64,000 nt of DNA from Tubiluchus corallicola (taxonomy: Eukaryota > Animalia > Priapulida). Each line of letters opens with the position of its first letter. The stretch's first letter is position 1. The notes beneath the pieces are model-generated. The model was not told where the DNA came from and searched no databases. It saw nothing but the letters and a program-made list of their open reading frames with translations. Where the stretch lies: positions 28,520 through 92,519 of the forward strand of contig JAQGDQ010000817.1 of assembly GCA_030141605.1 (NCBI GenBank), in the 5' to 3' direction. The position numbers and the translations under genes were made by a program. Shown piece after piece: positions 1 through 26,465 of this stretch.

Positions 1-576
1 ATGTATGTACATTATATATGTACAATGACGTTGGTGTATAATAAATAATTAATTAATCCAGCTGGAACACTGTCAGTTTAACACACTATAAGTCAGAACG
101 TAGCACTCGAAGCACATGGTCTGCTAAAATTCGTAATTTAGCAGGACAGAAAAATGGCTAGCTATCAAGGAAAAGCCACGATCCAGTACTGCACCATCCT
201 CAATTCCTCACTCAACGACAGAAATAGCTAAGAGTAGGATGAAAGCAATAATCTAATGCTGTTTTTCCGGCAGTCATCCATTCCTTTACTAACCAGATCC
301 AAGTTGCTTCTTACGCTAAGTGCTCTCAGATGTTTTTAAGAATTGTGCACCTCAATTAATTTAATTCAATCCAATTTTAAAGTGACGTAAGCAGCATTAC
401 AACACACTTTTGAGCTGTCACTACAAAAATTCTTTGATCTTGCATTAGAACCTCACTTACATGCTCCTCAACAACAGTAAGCCATGACTGATTAATTTCT
501 GGCTGCCACAGTTACACAAATTGAATAGGCGCTTCCCATTTTCTGCTTTGACAATTTTCTAAATTATTGTACGCAC

Positions 577-3500
577 CGGTTTTGTGATCCACATTTTCTT
601 ACGAGGATTTTCGGCAATATATCTGGCAAAAATCAACAAGTCTTCTGGTAATACGAAAGTTAAAGGAACAAAGTTGAACTCTTGCTCTCCGTGCAATGTG
701 CACATCCGTTTAAAGTTTTTCCAAAAAACATCTTTTCGCATGGCTTCTTCTTGTGAATCCGGAAAATGGTCAATCTACAATTAAAACGATGATGAAATTT
801 AATTATTGCAAGCCTATCAGAAAATGCTATTTTATATTCTTATTTTAATTGCTGGGGTTTTTTCAGTTGTGCTATTAGCCAATAAATTCGCGCAGTAACA
901 TAACAATTGGAAAATACGAGGCTGTGCAAAACACTAAGCTGGTAGAGCAGCAAGTGTCTGAACTGTATATAAACTTTAATATGCAAATCGTTACAGGATT
1001 ATGACAAACCGCTGCCTATGATGCTAAAGTATTAGATAATTGAGAGCGGTTAGGAAATGTATTGTTCTGTCTAGCATAACTTCCTCTGCGTCAAAGTATT
1101 CACCAGACATTTGCTCAATTACCAAAAATACATTCACTAGCCACTGTTCCTTTAAATTAATTAACTATTAATAGCACAATGTTAAATTTGATTATATAAA
1201 TAGATCAAAGCCAGGGCATGTCTTAATGAAAGTGGAAGATTTTAGCCAGTCACCTATTCTGAGCATTTTCAAGCGCAGAATAAAGGTAGTTATTTTTAAA
1301 TGAAAAATGATAATAAAATTTTATAGAAGCTATACAAAAAAGTTTTAATAGTTTTAGCATCCACAAGTTTTCGGCTGTGCAATTTTGGTTTGGATTTGGA
1401 GAAGAAGTTGCAACAAATTGTATTTACACGGAAAATAAAGGAGCCCGTAACGGACTCAAAAATACCAGTTTTTCAAACCACAAACCCTATTTTTAAAACA
1501 AGACTCTTGAAACATCTACGTATCCGTCAATTATGCTTATTTTAATTCTGTTAGTTACAAATAAAAATGTTCTATGTCATTGATCTTGTTAAAAATAGGA
1601 CTTTAAACATAACGAGTTTAAATAAGTTGTTTGTTACTTAATCCAGGCCCGTTCTTTTAATGTGTATTGTATATTTGGTAGGGTACTTTTACAGACATTT
1701 CAGCATTATGAGCAAATTTTACTCAGAAACATTGTTAATCTTGTGTTCTTCTGATAACCTTTCTTCAGATTAATTTTTTCTTTGGGACTGCTTTTTCGTA
1801 AATTATTTAAAACCACTGGAAACGTGTTCAAGAAATCACACCTAAAACTTGAAAAGTAGCCGAAGTTGATAGCTAAAACGTAGTAATTTAAACAACCCTA
1901 CAATGAAAAATGAGTGGTTGCGGAGACTAAACTGTGCTTGAAAGAAGCTGATAATGAATGACTACAATTTCGATCTGTAAGATTTATTTGGACTCTCGTG
2001 TTATGACTTCCATCAATTGTTCCATTGCACCATTGCAGTAGACCTAAAACCTATAAAAGATCTCCACTGTTTTATTCCTACCTCAATGGGCTGTTGATAG
2101 GAAATAATAATACGCTACCCTCAAATTGTTTCTTTCCTTTTAACACTAAATTTTATTTTTCAATTCTGCTACATAGGATCTTCAGACCTACGTGTGACCG
2201 AATGTGACGCTGAAGCAAATGCCAAGCCAGGGACTGCCAATGATCATTTGACAAATAAAGAGTTTAAACATACTAAACACGCTTCAGTAGATGTTGGCTA
2301 CATGATGCACTGAGCTTTATATGATTGCCGAGCCACTATTCCTAGGGCCGATAGGATTGAAACTTGCGCATTTCCGATGTTTTCACAACGATTAAGAGTA
2401 TACCAATCAGCAAAGTACTCACAGCTCACCCATCGTTTTTGAAATGCAAAGCAATTGGCATACCTTCTGATAGTCCATTAATTGTTTATATCGACCCCTG
2501 TCCTTACTGTAACAACAGCAGCCAAACCAATCGTTCCCTTCTGAAGAACATTAGAACAAGTTAACAAATGATCATATATGTAAACGACATATACATCTAT
2601 GAGTACATGCATATAACTATGAAATGATTTACACAAATCTCTATTATTGAGGACAAGGCCAGAAAACGGTTGTTCAATAGATCTTCGTGCTACTAGGAAT
2701 GTTAAAATCCAGTTAAACTCGACTTATGAATTTTCACGATGTCGCCCAAACTAGCAGCAAGAAGTTTGACTCTGTGCGGCTCACTTACTGCCCCCGGGGT
2801 CCCTAAAGGGCCGCCAACGATTTGCCCCAGGACGAAACTCACAGAATATGGATTAGTCAGCTGATCTGTGCTGCTATAGATTTTCAAGGATTAGTCGCAA
2901 ATAAATTTCTTTTTAGATTTTTAGTCACGTTTTCGAACATACCCTATATATTCATATACCTATATGTTACCTAGGGTGCAAAAAAGTAGTTGAAAAACTT
3001 TTGTGGGAGGGGGAGGGTCAAGCAAGCCTTCTGGATGGCATTGATCAACCTGTTATGAGTACACAACTGTGTATAACTTACTGCAATACTGTTACGCAAA
3101 AGTTTACAAAAAGACTTACACAAACATACATACCAGTCAGATGAAGATTAGGATGATCCATTACTAATTGCTTTACAGGCTTTACATCTCGTCTTTCGAC
3201 TTTGAATTTTAACAGCTTCTTAACAGAACTTGGCAATTCTTGAACTGTACAAAAATTAAAATGTGAGTAAAATGATTGCGAAATAATTCGATGATCGGCA
3301 CTTATTTAGATTTTGCGATAATACGTATATCTACTTGTTTGTTTCTTATTTACGTCTTTGAGTAAAACAAATCGTATTCGATTCGCCTGCCAAAAACCTT
3401 GGTACGCATGAGTGTTTACATTTCACTGCTGTTGTGAACGATCCAAACATAACTGCGAATTAAATCAAGATAAATCGTTTATATATGGGTTGAAAAATAT

Positions 3501-4701
3501 TTAATTTTAGTTAGAAGTCCCGAAAATTAATATATATTAATAAAATAATTTTCTATATAAATTGCCTGCAAACGTTCAATAGTTGTTATGACTAAACTGT
3601 GCCAAATATTACCAGCGTTCCGCAAATACAGTAACTGTACTGTTTTACAAGAATATGGTGCGTACAGACCTGCATAACTGTTAAAACTTAAAATTGGTCA
3701 TTTTGCCAGATGATACTTGAGCAACTATTAATAATAAGTGAAAACGACATGACTTTTTTGGGGATCGAAATTGTGAGCACAAGAGCATCTCTCCGCTCAC
3801 CGGAAACCCTGTTTCGACAACTTCTGGGCTGGGGGTCTTTCGAGTGTAAGAGAACGTCATTTTTAAACAGGTGATGGGGTTACGAACGAGGACTTCTAAA
3901 TCACCTGCAAATCATATTCTGACTCGGATTTGATCTCCATAATAAATACGTCAATAGTGCCCACAAACGACTTCTTGGGTCGGAAATTTGACCCCGGCTC
4001 GAAACGGGATGTATATTACAGTATAAACCCCGAGCTGACCACTTTGTGATGACAGGATTCTTACAGAACTTTTCAGGATAATCTGTTCAAAATCCACAGT
4101 AGGTAATCCAATAAGAATCGAGACTGGCAGGTGGAGCAGGCCAGACGGGAAAACAGAATATGCTAATTTTGTGAATTGATTGTTGTTCAATCTCTTAATC
4201 GTGCGATGCTTGAATGTCCCGAAACTAAATATACTGACTATATATTGAAGATATCAGTTCTTTTACGACACAACTCGCTGTAATTAAAGCCAAATATCTA
4301 TAAACTTTGTGGAAATAATAATCTTTAATTAATGCTCAACTAATTGTTTCAATGCTTCAAGTAACCGCTTGAATATTGTGTATCTGATTTTTGTTCGATT
4401 TTTGCACTTTTTAAATGTTACTTATGCTATTTATTTTTTGTTCAGATTCATCTGGTTTTGTCTTTATCATTAAGACAATAATGGTACGCAATCTAAGAAC
4501 ATTGTTTCCATTTTTCTTTAATGGATTTATGCATACACACGCCACAGTGTAATTCTACAAAATAAAATTTCGCTGAATCATAATTACCAATTTGTCCAGG
4601 TAACGCAAAGTTAATTACAGGTGTAAGATGTGCGCAGAGACTAGGAAGAAGTGCGGGTATAACCCGTGGACATTCATCTCCTCTTGTGTCATTTCTTCGT
4701 T
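577..4701 (-). CDS. TTLL4: TTLL4-like tubulin polyglutamylase, partial; exons 4588-4701, 3134-3244, 2464-2540, 577-774; continues off the left edge, start codon not located
   Basis: GT-AG exons with compatible phases join to ...PALLPSLCAHLTPVINFALPGQIVQELPSSVKKLLKFK...NDWFGCC...YQKIDHFPDSQEEAMRKDVFWKNFKRM...EFNFVPLTFVLPED...WITKP, collinear with the TTLL4 N-terminal TTL domain (PAL..SLF, DWLGCW, NHFPGS..RKD.LW, WIVKP). Confidence 0.8.
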
Positions 4702-5316
4702 CTGTAACAATCAATGTATCTGTTTAAGTCAACATACATCTAATCGCGGTGACGTGTCCTGCAACTACTAAATTAAAATCAACTCAAGAGAAATCAGACA
4801 GCAATATAGCAGCCAAAGGTTCCTGGTTGTTCAATAAATAGGTTTATACTATTGTTAACTGCAGCCATTGTTGCCGTTTTATAGTTCATACTGACAATAA
4901 GGTAATTAATCGCCTTAAAGGAAGCCTTAAAACCTTGCAAAAAACCTCCCGGTTAACCTAAAACAACTGGGATAGCTAAGATAAATAAAAATGTTCAACA
5001 ACTTCAACCAAATCTATCTTTAGGAGCAGAACTTACGCTGTTAGCTGCAGATAGAAGAGGTTGGAATACTCTGATAAATGTTGATACCTCAATGTCTACA
5101 ACAGATGGAATGAGATTTTGAAGAAGAAGAAGAAGAAGAAGAAGACAATAAGGCTTCCAAGTATCTTCACTTCCAAGCATCAACCATTAAAATATTTTGT
5201 GTAACAATGAATGCATCAGAGCAATCATTTTATTGCTTTAACTGTATTTGCGTCAATGTAACGCATTAAACTCATTAAAATGCGCCATTAAACTACAGTG
5301 ATGCGACCTGAACGGA

Positions 5317-5430
5317 GTGTGGCGCATGGGCAAGAGTGTGTGGCGCAATGGGCAAGGGTGTGTGACGCAATGGTCACAGGTGTGTGGCGCAACGAGCAAA
5401 GGTGTGTGGAGCAATGGGAAAGGCCTGTGC
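5317..5430 (+). repeat. ~22-bp tandem repeat (GTGTGTGGCGCAATGGGCAAGG), ~5 degenerate copies
   Basis: Repeated gtgtggcgcaa cores read directly; may be transposon subterminal repeats. Confidence 0.7.
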
Positions 5431-6563
5431 AACGTGCTGAACGGAAAGGTTGCAAACCACTAAAAACAGAAGCAGTATTCAAGGCTTTTTGAAAGGAGAT
5501 TGTTGGCGATATCATTCCAGAACTTTATTAGGCAGTTTCTTTACTAGCCCAGTTGAAACGCGCCCAGAAAACTATACTTTCCAATTAAAAAAATGCCAAC
5601 TTACAGGCTCATGAAAACTAAAACATTTTACGTAAAACTTAATAATGCGTAGAAATTCGCGTACGCGACAAGACGCGACAAGACGCGAAACATACACTAT
5701 AATATATTTGTCAAGAAAATCAAAAATTGTGTGATCTCTTCGAATTTCCATGTGTGTATGAAACAATTCAGACTTACTTTATCGAAAACAACAATTTTTA
5801 CAAACCCCTTTTACCTACCTGAGGATTTTTCGCAACATATAAACAAAATAAGGAAGAAGGTCGATGCTCTCCTCAATGCTGTACTGTGCATCTCCAGTTT
5901 GACAAAAATGCTATCACTGTTACTATCACTGCTGCTAAAAAATTTCCTCGATATAAAAAATTTTGGTTGAATGTTTTCTCTGGATGGTAGCTATACCCAT
6001 TGCTATAACTCACAATCGTATTTAATATTGTTGGGCACAGTCACAGCACATTATTCTTAATTTTGTGCCCGCAGCTAGACCGGTTCTTTGAACTGAAATT
6101 TAAACTTTAGGCCAGATTTGTTAAAACGGCTTGTGACTTTTTACATGGTGTCATGTGACACATGGCTATACTACTATTACTATACAGGTGCTGAAGATTC
6201 TGTACCTATACAGAACATTGTGTTAGTGAAGTTTTGCTAGCGTATTAGCGTATAAAAATGTTACGTATTACGTATTAAGTGTTTGTACAAGACGTGAGAA
6301 GTCATCCTGCATATATTGCTGCCAGACAGAAAGTAGCATCGAGCAAAGTAGAAAAGCACAGAAATTTCCATTTCCTGAAAACAATACTTGCAAAATTATC
6401 AGCCGTTTTGGCCGTAACACAAAAAGACAACTCGCAGCCACAGTCAATTAATTTTTTGAATCTAGGTATGACCAAAAATAAGAAAATGTAAAAATCGCAA
6501 CCCAACTCATGTTAAAACGTAATAAGTAACATATTGTACTACGGGGCTGTGGTGAAATAAAAT

Positions 6564-6730
6564 GTAATGCTGGCAGGGGAATACAGTAGACTTCTCAGGT
6601 GTGCATGTGAACGTGGCTTTATCTGGCACAGATTCGTATTCTGCCCTTGTGTTAGTAAGGGCCACTAGTCACGTGCACACCTGAGCTTACAAAAAGGGAA
6701 GGTCTGCTGTAGACCCTTGTCAGTGGTTGT
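6564..6730 (+). ncRNA. Long imperfect hairpin rich in G-U pairs; candidate structured RNA / pri-miRNA-like
   Basis: ctcaggtgtgcatgtga (6594) pairs with tcacgtgcacacctgag (to 6685); outer tggcagggg..tacagtagactt pairs with aaggtctgctgtagacccttgtca; most non-Watson-Crick positions are G-U on the + strand. Confidence 0.35.
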
Positions 6731-7740
6731 CAGGGGCGGAACTAGGGGGGGGGCGAAGGGGGGCGCCCCCGGTCAAAATTTGCGCCCCCCTGCCAAATCG
6801 GACAAACAATTTTTTTTTGCAGTAGCCCAATAATATTTTTTATCATTAAAGTTTGTCACCGAGTTAAATTATGTCAGTTTGTCGAGCTAGCCTAGTACCA
6901 GAGAGTCGGTTTGGGAGATACAAATTGATGAGCCACGGCTCAGCCACCTCCTGATTGGACATTACCGACTGTTTGCTACTCCTTAGCGACTCTTTCCCAC
7001 GAGTTTGCTGCATAAAAGGGCGTGATTTTTGAGCAGATTCATCATTTTTCTCCTGCTAGTAGAATCTGTGCTAGTTTTCGCTGCGATTTCAGCTGTTGTT
7101 TCATCTTGTTGACAAACAGGAATTTTCACGTGATTACATGTTACATCATGTCTGGGAATAGGGAAGACGACAAAGTTGTACCACCTAGAAAACGGCAGAA
7201 AACTTTAGACTTTTTTATCCAAGGAAGTAAAAAGGAATCAGCAGGTAAAGATGCAGAAGACGAGAAACAACCGGAGTCTTCTACTCAGAACATGAACACA
7301 GGAGCAAATGACTTGGGGCCTGTGTCTGAGACACCACGGCAACCACATATGACGAAATATCCGAAAACTGGCAAGGAAAGAATGCTCGTTCTTTTCAGTA
7401 TAGTTGGTTCGGGAAACACTCATGGCTGGAGTACTCGAAGCAGACAGACGCAGCATTTTGGTAAACAAAGGCAGATTACTTGGACTGAAGTCGGATTTAA
7501 AAAATGGAAAGATGCAATGCATGATATGCAAAAGCACGAAGAGATGGAATCACACAAGGACAGCATGTCAATGTGGGCTGTCTTCAAAAGCAGTAGCAAA
7601 ACAGGTGACGTTCAAAAGCGGATGGAACTTGCGTACGCAAAACAGGACGAGGAAAAAAGACAGTACGTACGCAGAATTATAGCTACTGTAGAACTTAGGC
7701 TTATTTCAATGTTTGCGAAAAATGTTAGGCGTATTTAGTA
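6731..7740 (+). mobile_element. 5' fragment of a hAT DNA transposon (ZnF_TTF/ZMYM1-type transposase N-terminus), frameshifted and truncated
   Basis: Begins CAGGGGCGGAACTAGGGGGG (hAT-type terminus). ORF has KRQKTLDFF; an alternate frame gives RSFQYSWFGKHSWLEYSKQTDAAF, then GFKKWKDA..KHEEMESH. The expected CxxC is missing and no 3' TIR was found. Confidence 0.75.
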
Positions 7741-9548
7741 ATAAAAATGTGATCAGAACCTGGTGTAATTAGTAAAATTATTTTAAAGTTGCGATCATTT
7801 CACGCTCCCATTTTGAATGCTCATTCTCCCACCAACGATGTCGTGGATTCGCTGAAGAATAGCAGTGCACTGCCAATTTCCGTCAAAAGTGCAAGTTGTT
7901 ACAAAAAATTTGAAAACCATTAGATAGCCAGTTTTATGATCATTTTGCGTGAACATTGGGTAAGTCACGAAGCGCTTACGAAAATTCACAAAGTCCGCCA
8001 GTTACATTATACTTTTCAAGTGAATGGCGGCTACCGGGCCTGAAAATTCTTATACAGCAGTAGTATAAATTATCCTTATACTTTATAGACAGTTTTTGCA
8101 AATTTCTTTGTTAACTATTTTTCTTTCCCGTAAGAATGGAAATATAGCAGGCAAAAGATCAAACTCCACAATTCTAAAATCTCCATCACGATGTAAAAAG
8201 TATTAATACTGTAGCCGCTATTAGACGTTCATGTTATGATATCATTTATAGGCTTACAGTCACCTAGGTTTCAAATATAACGTCGTACAATGCAGTAACA
8301 TTTGAGCAAAGTTCACGGACAGACACAGCCTTTGCCTTCAGGAGACACCCCAGAGTTTAGTTTTTATAAAATAAAACTGGATCTTTGATTACGACGAACA
8401 GTTCATATCATACACAGGCATTGAAGTGCACAAGAAGAATGTAAGAGTGGTAGTGGTAGTAGCAGCAGCAGCAAAAACTTTAATATAAAACAGTAGATAA
8501 TAATATTAAATATAAAATAGTATTCCGTGGCGGTGGTAGTAGTAGCACCAGCAGTAGTAGTAGTACAAATCCACTGTCACTGTTCTATCAAAATTTTTGT
8601 CACTGTACCATTCCTCACAACCTGCTTCTTTTTCCAGTTTATTTCTACGCGAACGCGAGTAGATCTTTCAGTGCGAACGAAATTAGTCAGACTTTTCTTG
8701 TGTCACAAAACTTATTTAGTTATTTTTAGTAAACATGCCCTGGTATTTCCTAGCCTGTATCTTTCTGCTTGCTTAGCTCTGTGTAAATTACGCTCGCCTG
8801 GTGACGTCAGGTACGAAAGAAACCAGTAACTGCATTGGAGCTTACTGTGCCCAGCCGCTTTGAGGTGTGTGCTGTAAGCGTAGTAAAAGCCTAATTTCCT
8901 CTAATACAGGTTCCTAACGAAGATTAAAATACTATGGTAATTCTTATGATATCATGATGACTAGAAATACAGCATTGTCAATGAAATAGCTGTGGTGACA
9001 CGTCTGCATAACCAACAACGTACAAAAGTTGTTTTTTAATGTTCAAGCGAACCAGCCAACAAACAAATAAATAATAATTAAGCGTCTTTACTTCCGTAAA
9101 AGCTACTTTAAACCGCTTCCGATGCCTACTTATTAATATTCCCAGGAAAAATGGCAGATTATATTAGACTATACCTATGTAATTCTAATACAATTTTCCA
9201 AAGTACAAGTTTATGATTTTTTTTCGTTCGACATGTCAATAAATTAAATAAGTCTCGGTAGCATGGTTGAATTAGAAAAACAGCAACATGGATGAGAGTA
9301 AATCTCCTACTAAAAACTTCATGAATACTATGCTCTTCAATGACAAAACCAGCAGATGCACACAATTACAATGAAACAAGGTGAAATAGATTTCGAACAC
9401 GCGTTTTAAGCGCATTGCACGTAAAACTAATAAGATCTCGGAACTATTATTTTATACTAGAGCAATACACAAGTCGGTCAACACTAAAACTCAACTATCA
9501 TTGTACCTATATTAACTGCCTACTTGCATGGAGCACACCATGCATATG

Positions 9549-10146
9549 GAGACCGGTAATAAAGTTATAGAAAACGTTCACGGAAAAAAGTCACAATTTT
9601 GGCTAGGAAAATAAGTCACAGGAAAAAACTCACAATTAATTTTGGCTAGGTTTAGGATCAGGATTAGGGTGTAACCTGTGTTTTTCTCTGTACTTTTATT
9701 GTAACTCGTTTCTGTGACTTCTTAAGCTAGATTCTTGCTTATACATCAATTCTAACCCGCTAATAACTCAATATAATAAAATCGTGAAATAATAGCAGTT
9801 ACTAAGAAATACGACTATGCTATCTTGATGACCGGTAATAAAGTCAGGAAAAAGTCACTGTTTTTGCAAGCATAGAAAGTCAGGTAAACTAAGAAAAATA
9901 ATCGAGACAATTACAATGTATTAAAGTAATAAAACAGAAAATATTTCAACTCAGTTATTAACTAGCAATACATGACTTGTAGTACATATTGACAATACTA
10001 TTTACAAATTTTGGCATTAAATGCATGTGAAAAAAATCACATTTTGTTAAATTGCTCAGTGTTACGGAGTTAGGGGTAGAGTTGTTTCTTTTTTCCCTAT
10101 GAGTTTTTTCCTGTGACTATTTTACCTTTGATTTTTACCTGGATTC
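9549..10146. mobile_element. Two adjacent related non-autonomous MITE-like elements (~9549-9730 and ~9829-10146)
   Basis: Both start gaccggtaataaagt with aaaagtcac/gtgact subrepeats and ttaggg motifs; the second ends tgatttttacctggattc, an imperfect inverted copy of the start. Confidence 0.5.
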
Positions 10147-10489
10147 GCTATCCCATAGTATGTTCAGCTAGGCCTTCTATAACCCATCTTGGTTCATATT
10201 AACATAAGGTTTATTGCCAAATGTCAAGAAAGTTTACACCCGTTTGTAGCATACTGATCAATTTTGCAAAGGCATACGCTTCATACGTATTAAATTTCAT
10301 ACGCTTTAAATTGTAATACTTTGTTTATTGTGTAATTTTCTCTTAAATAAAGGTCATTTTGGTAGAAATAGGGTGACAACGAAGACCAATAAAACTATAT
10401 TTCTAAAGCCGATACAGAAACATGAAGACAGCATATAGGTTAAACTGTTTAACATATCTCTACAATATCATTTCTACAAAAGAGGACTG

Positions 10490-25359
<14,870 letters not shown>

Positions 25360-26334
25360 GTTAACAAACTTACTGTCGCTTATTTAAAAGGTGAAGCGCG
25401 TGACATAAAATATTTTTCTGCAGAGTTCCTGTTGAAGAGACAAAAGTAAGGAAACCGAACGTCTGACACGTTGATCTTTTGTTAAAGGCGTATTTCAGCC
25501 TGAATTCAGTAAACCATTCCTTGATATGCCAACAAAAGTAGTGAGGAAACCGATAGTTTGTAAATATGAGGCTTATTGTATTACGTTTACTTGTGTTTGA
25601 CTGAACATCGAGTGTGTTCGTGAGTGAGTTGACATTTTGCGAAACTCAGCGTATAATGTTGCTCATAGTAAGTTTTTTAAATATTACGAATTAGGCACGT
25701 TAACGTCTTATATTGTGCACATAATATTGTACCACACTTTAAAGAATTAATGAGGAAGAGCTGCTATAGCTTAAGAAATCGCATACTTACAAGTAGTAAT
25801 GGTATTCTAATTTGTTTGGCTGTATAAACTCACATGTTTTATTTGAGTTTCTATTTTTTTTTAAACTGGCGAAACATATTATGTGATGATTTTAAGTTGT
25901 AAATTTTTAGGCAACGTATTTTAATATGTAATTTTTAATCTGTTTTATAATTTTTATGTGTGTTGTAAATATATGTAATATAGTACTATGTGTGCTGAAT
26001 TAAAATAAAATAATAAAAATAATAATAATAATAATTTATTCTTAAAAACGCAATAAAATTCAAGGAGATAGAAAATCACACAGCCATTCGCAATAATTAT
26101 GCAGTTACAATTTAAAAGAAATAGCTATGTATGACACTGAAAAAACATTTGCGGTTACAGTTTACAGTGAAAATAGTTAAAACAGTTGTAATTTAAAATT
26201 TATAGGTTAAAACTTGCATACCAATGAGTAGAAAGTCATTGTTACAAATAAAAATACAGCGTTTAAATTAATGTACTAAAATATTTGCTATCCAAATCAA
26301 TAAAGCAGAGATAATCTATAGCAATTCAGTAAAA

Positions 26335-26465
26335 TGTTTAAGAAACAAGTGCGTTTTGACAGCTTTTTTGAAGGTTCTGACAAGATTTAAAGAACGAATT
26401 TCCCTCGCCTTTCAGTAGAGCTTCCGGAGTTTTCGAGCTTCCATAGAAAATGCGCGAAGGTCTAC
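26335..26465 (-). mobile_element. L2/CR1-group LINE 3'-end relic
   Basis: Translates LRAFSMEARKL..*..IRSLNLVRTFKKAVKTHLF, the typical L2 ORF2 C-terminus. Confidence 0.6.

Noticed and set aside
2720-2875. GC-rich structured patch with GGACGAAAC, resembling a hammerhead or HDV ribozyme
   Set aside because: No CUGANGA core correctly placed relative to GAAA and no HDV pseudoknot could be built; more likely a SINE or other repeat fragment.
3951-4190. 79-aa ORF in a TTLL-like intron
   Set aside because: Flanking exons join in phase without it, no recognisable motif, and the frame is interrupted by stops downstream.
5037-5095. Candidate upstream TTLL exon with AG/GT ends
   Set aside because: Its open frames are not phase-compatible with the 4701 or 4719 acceptors.
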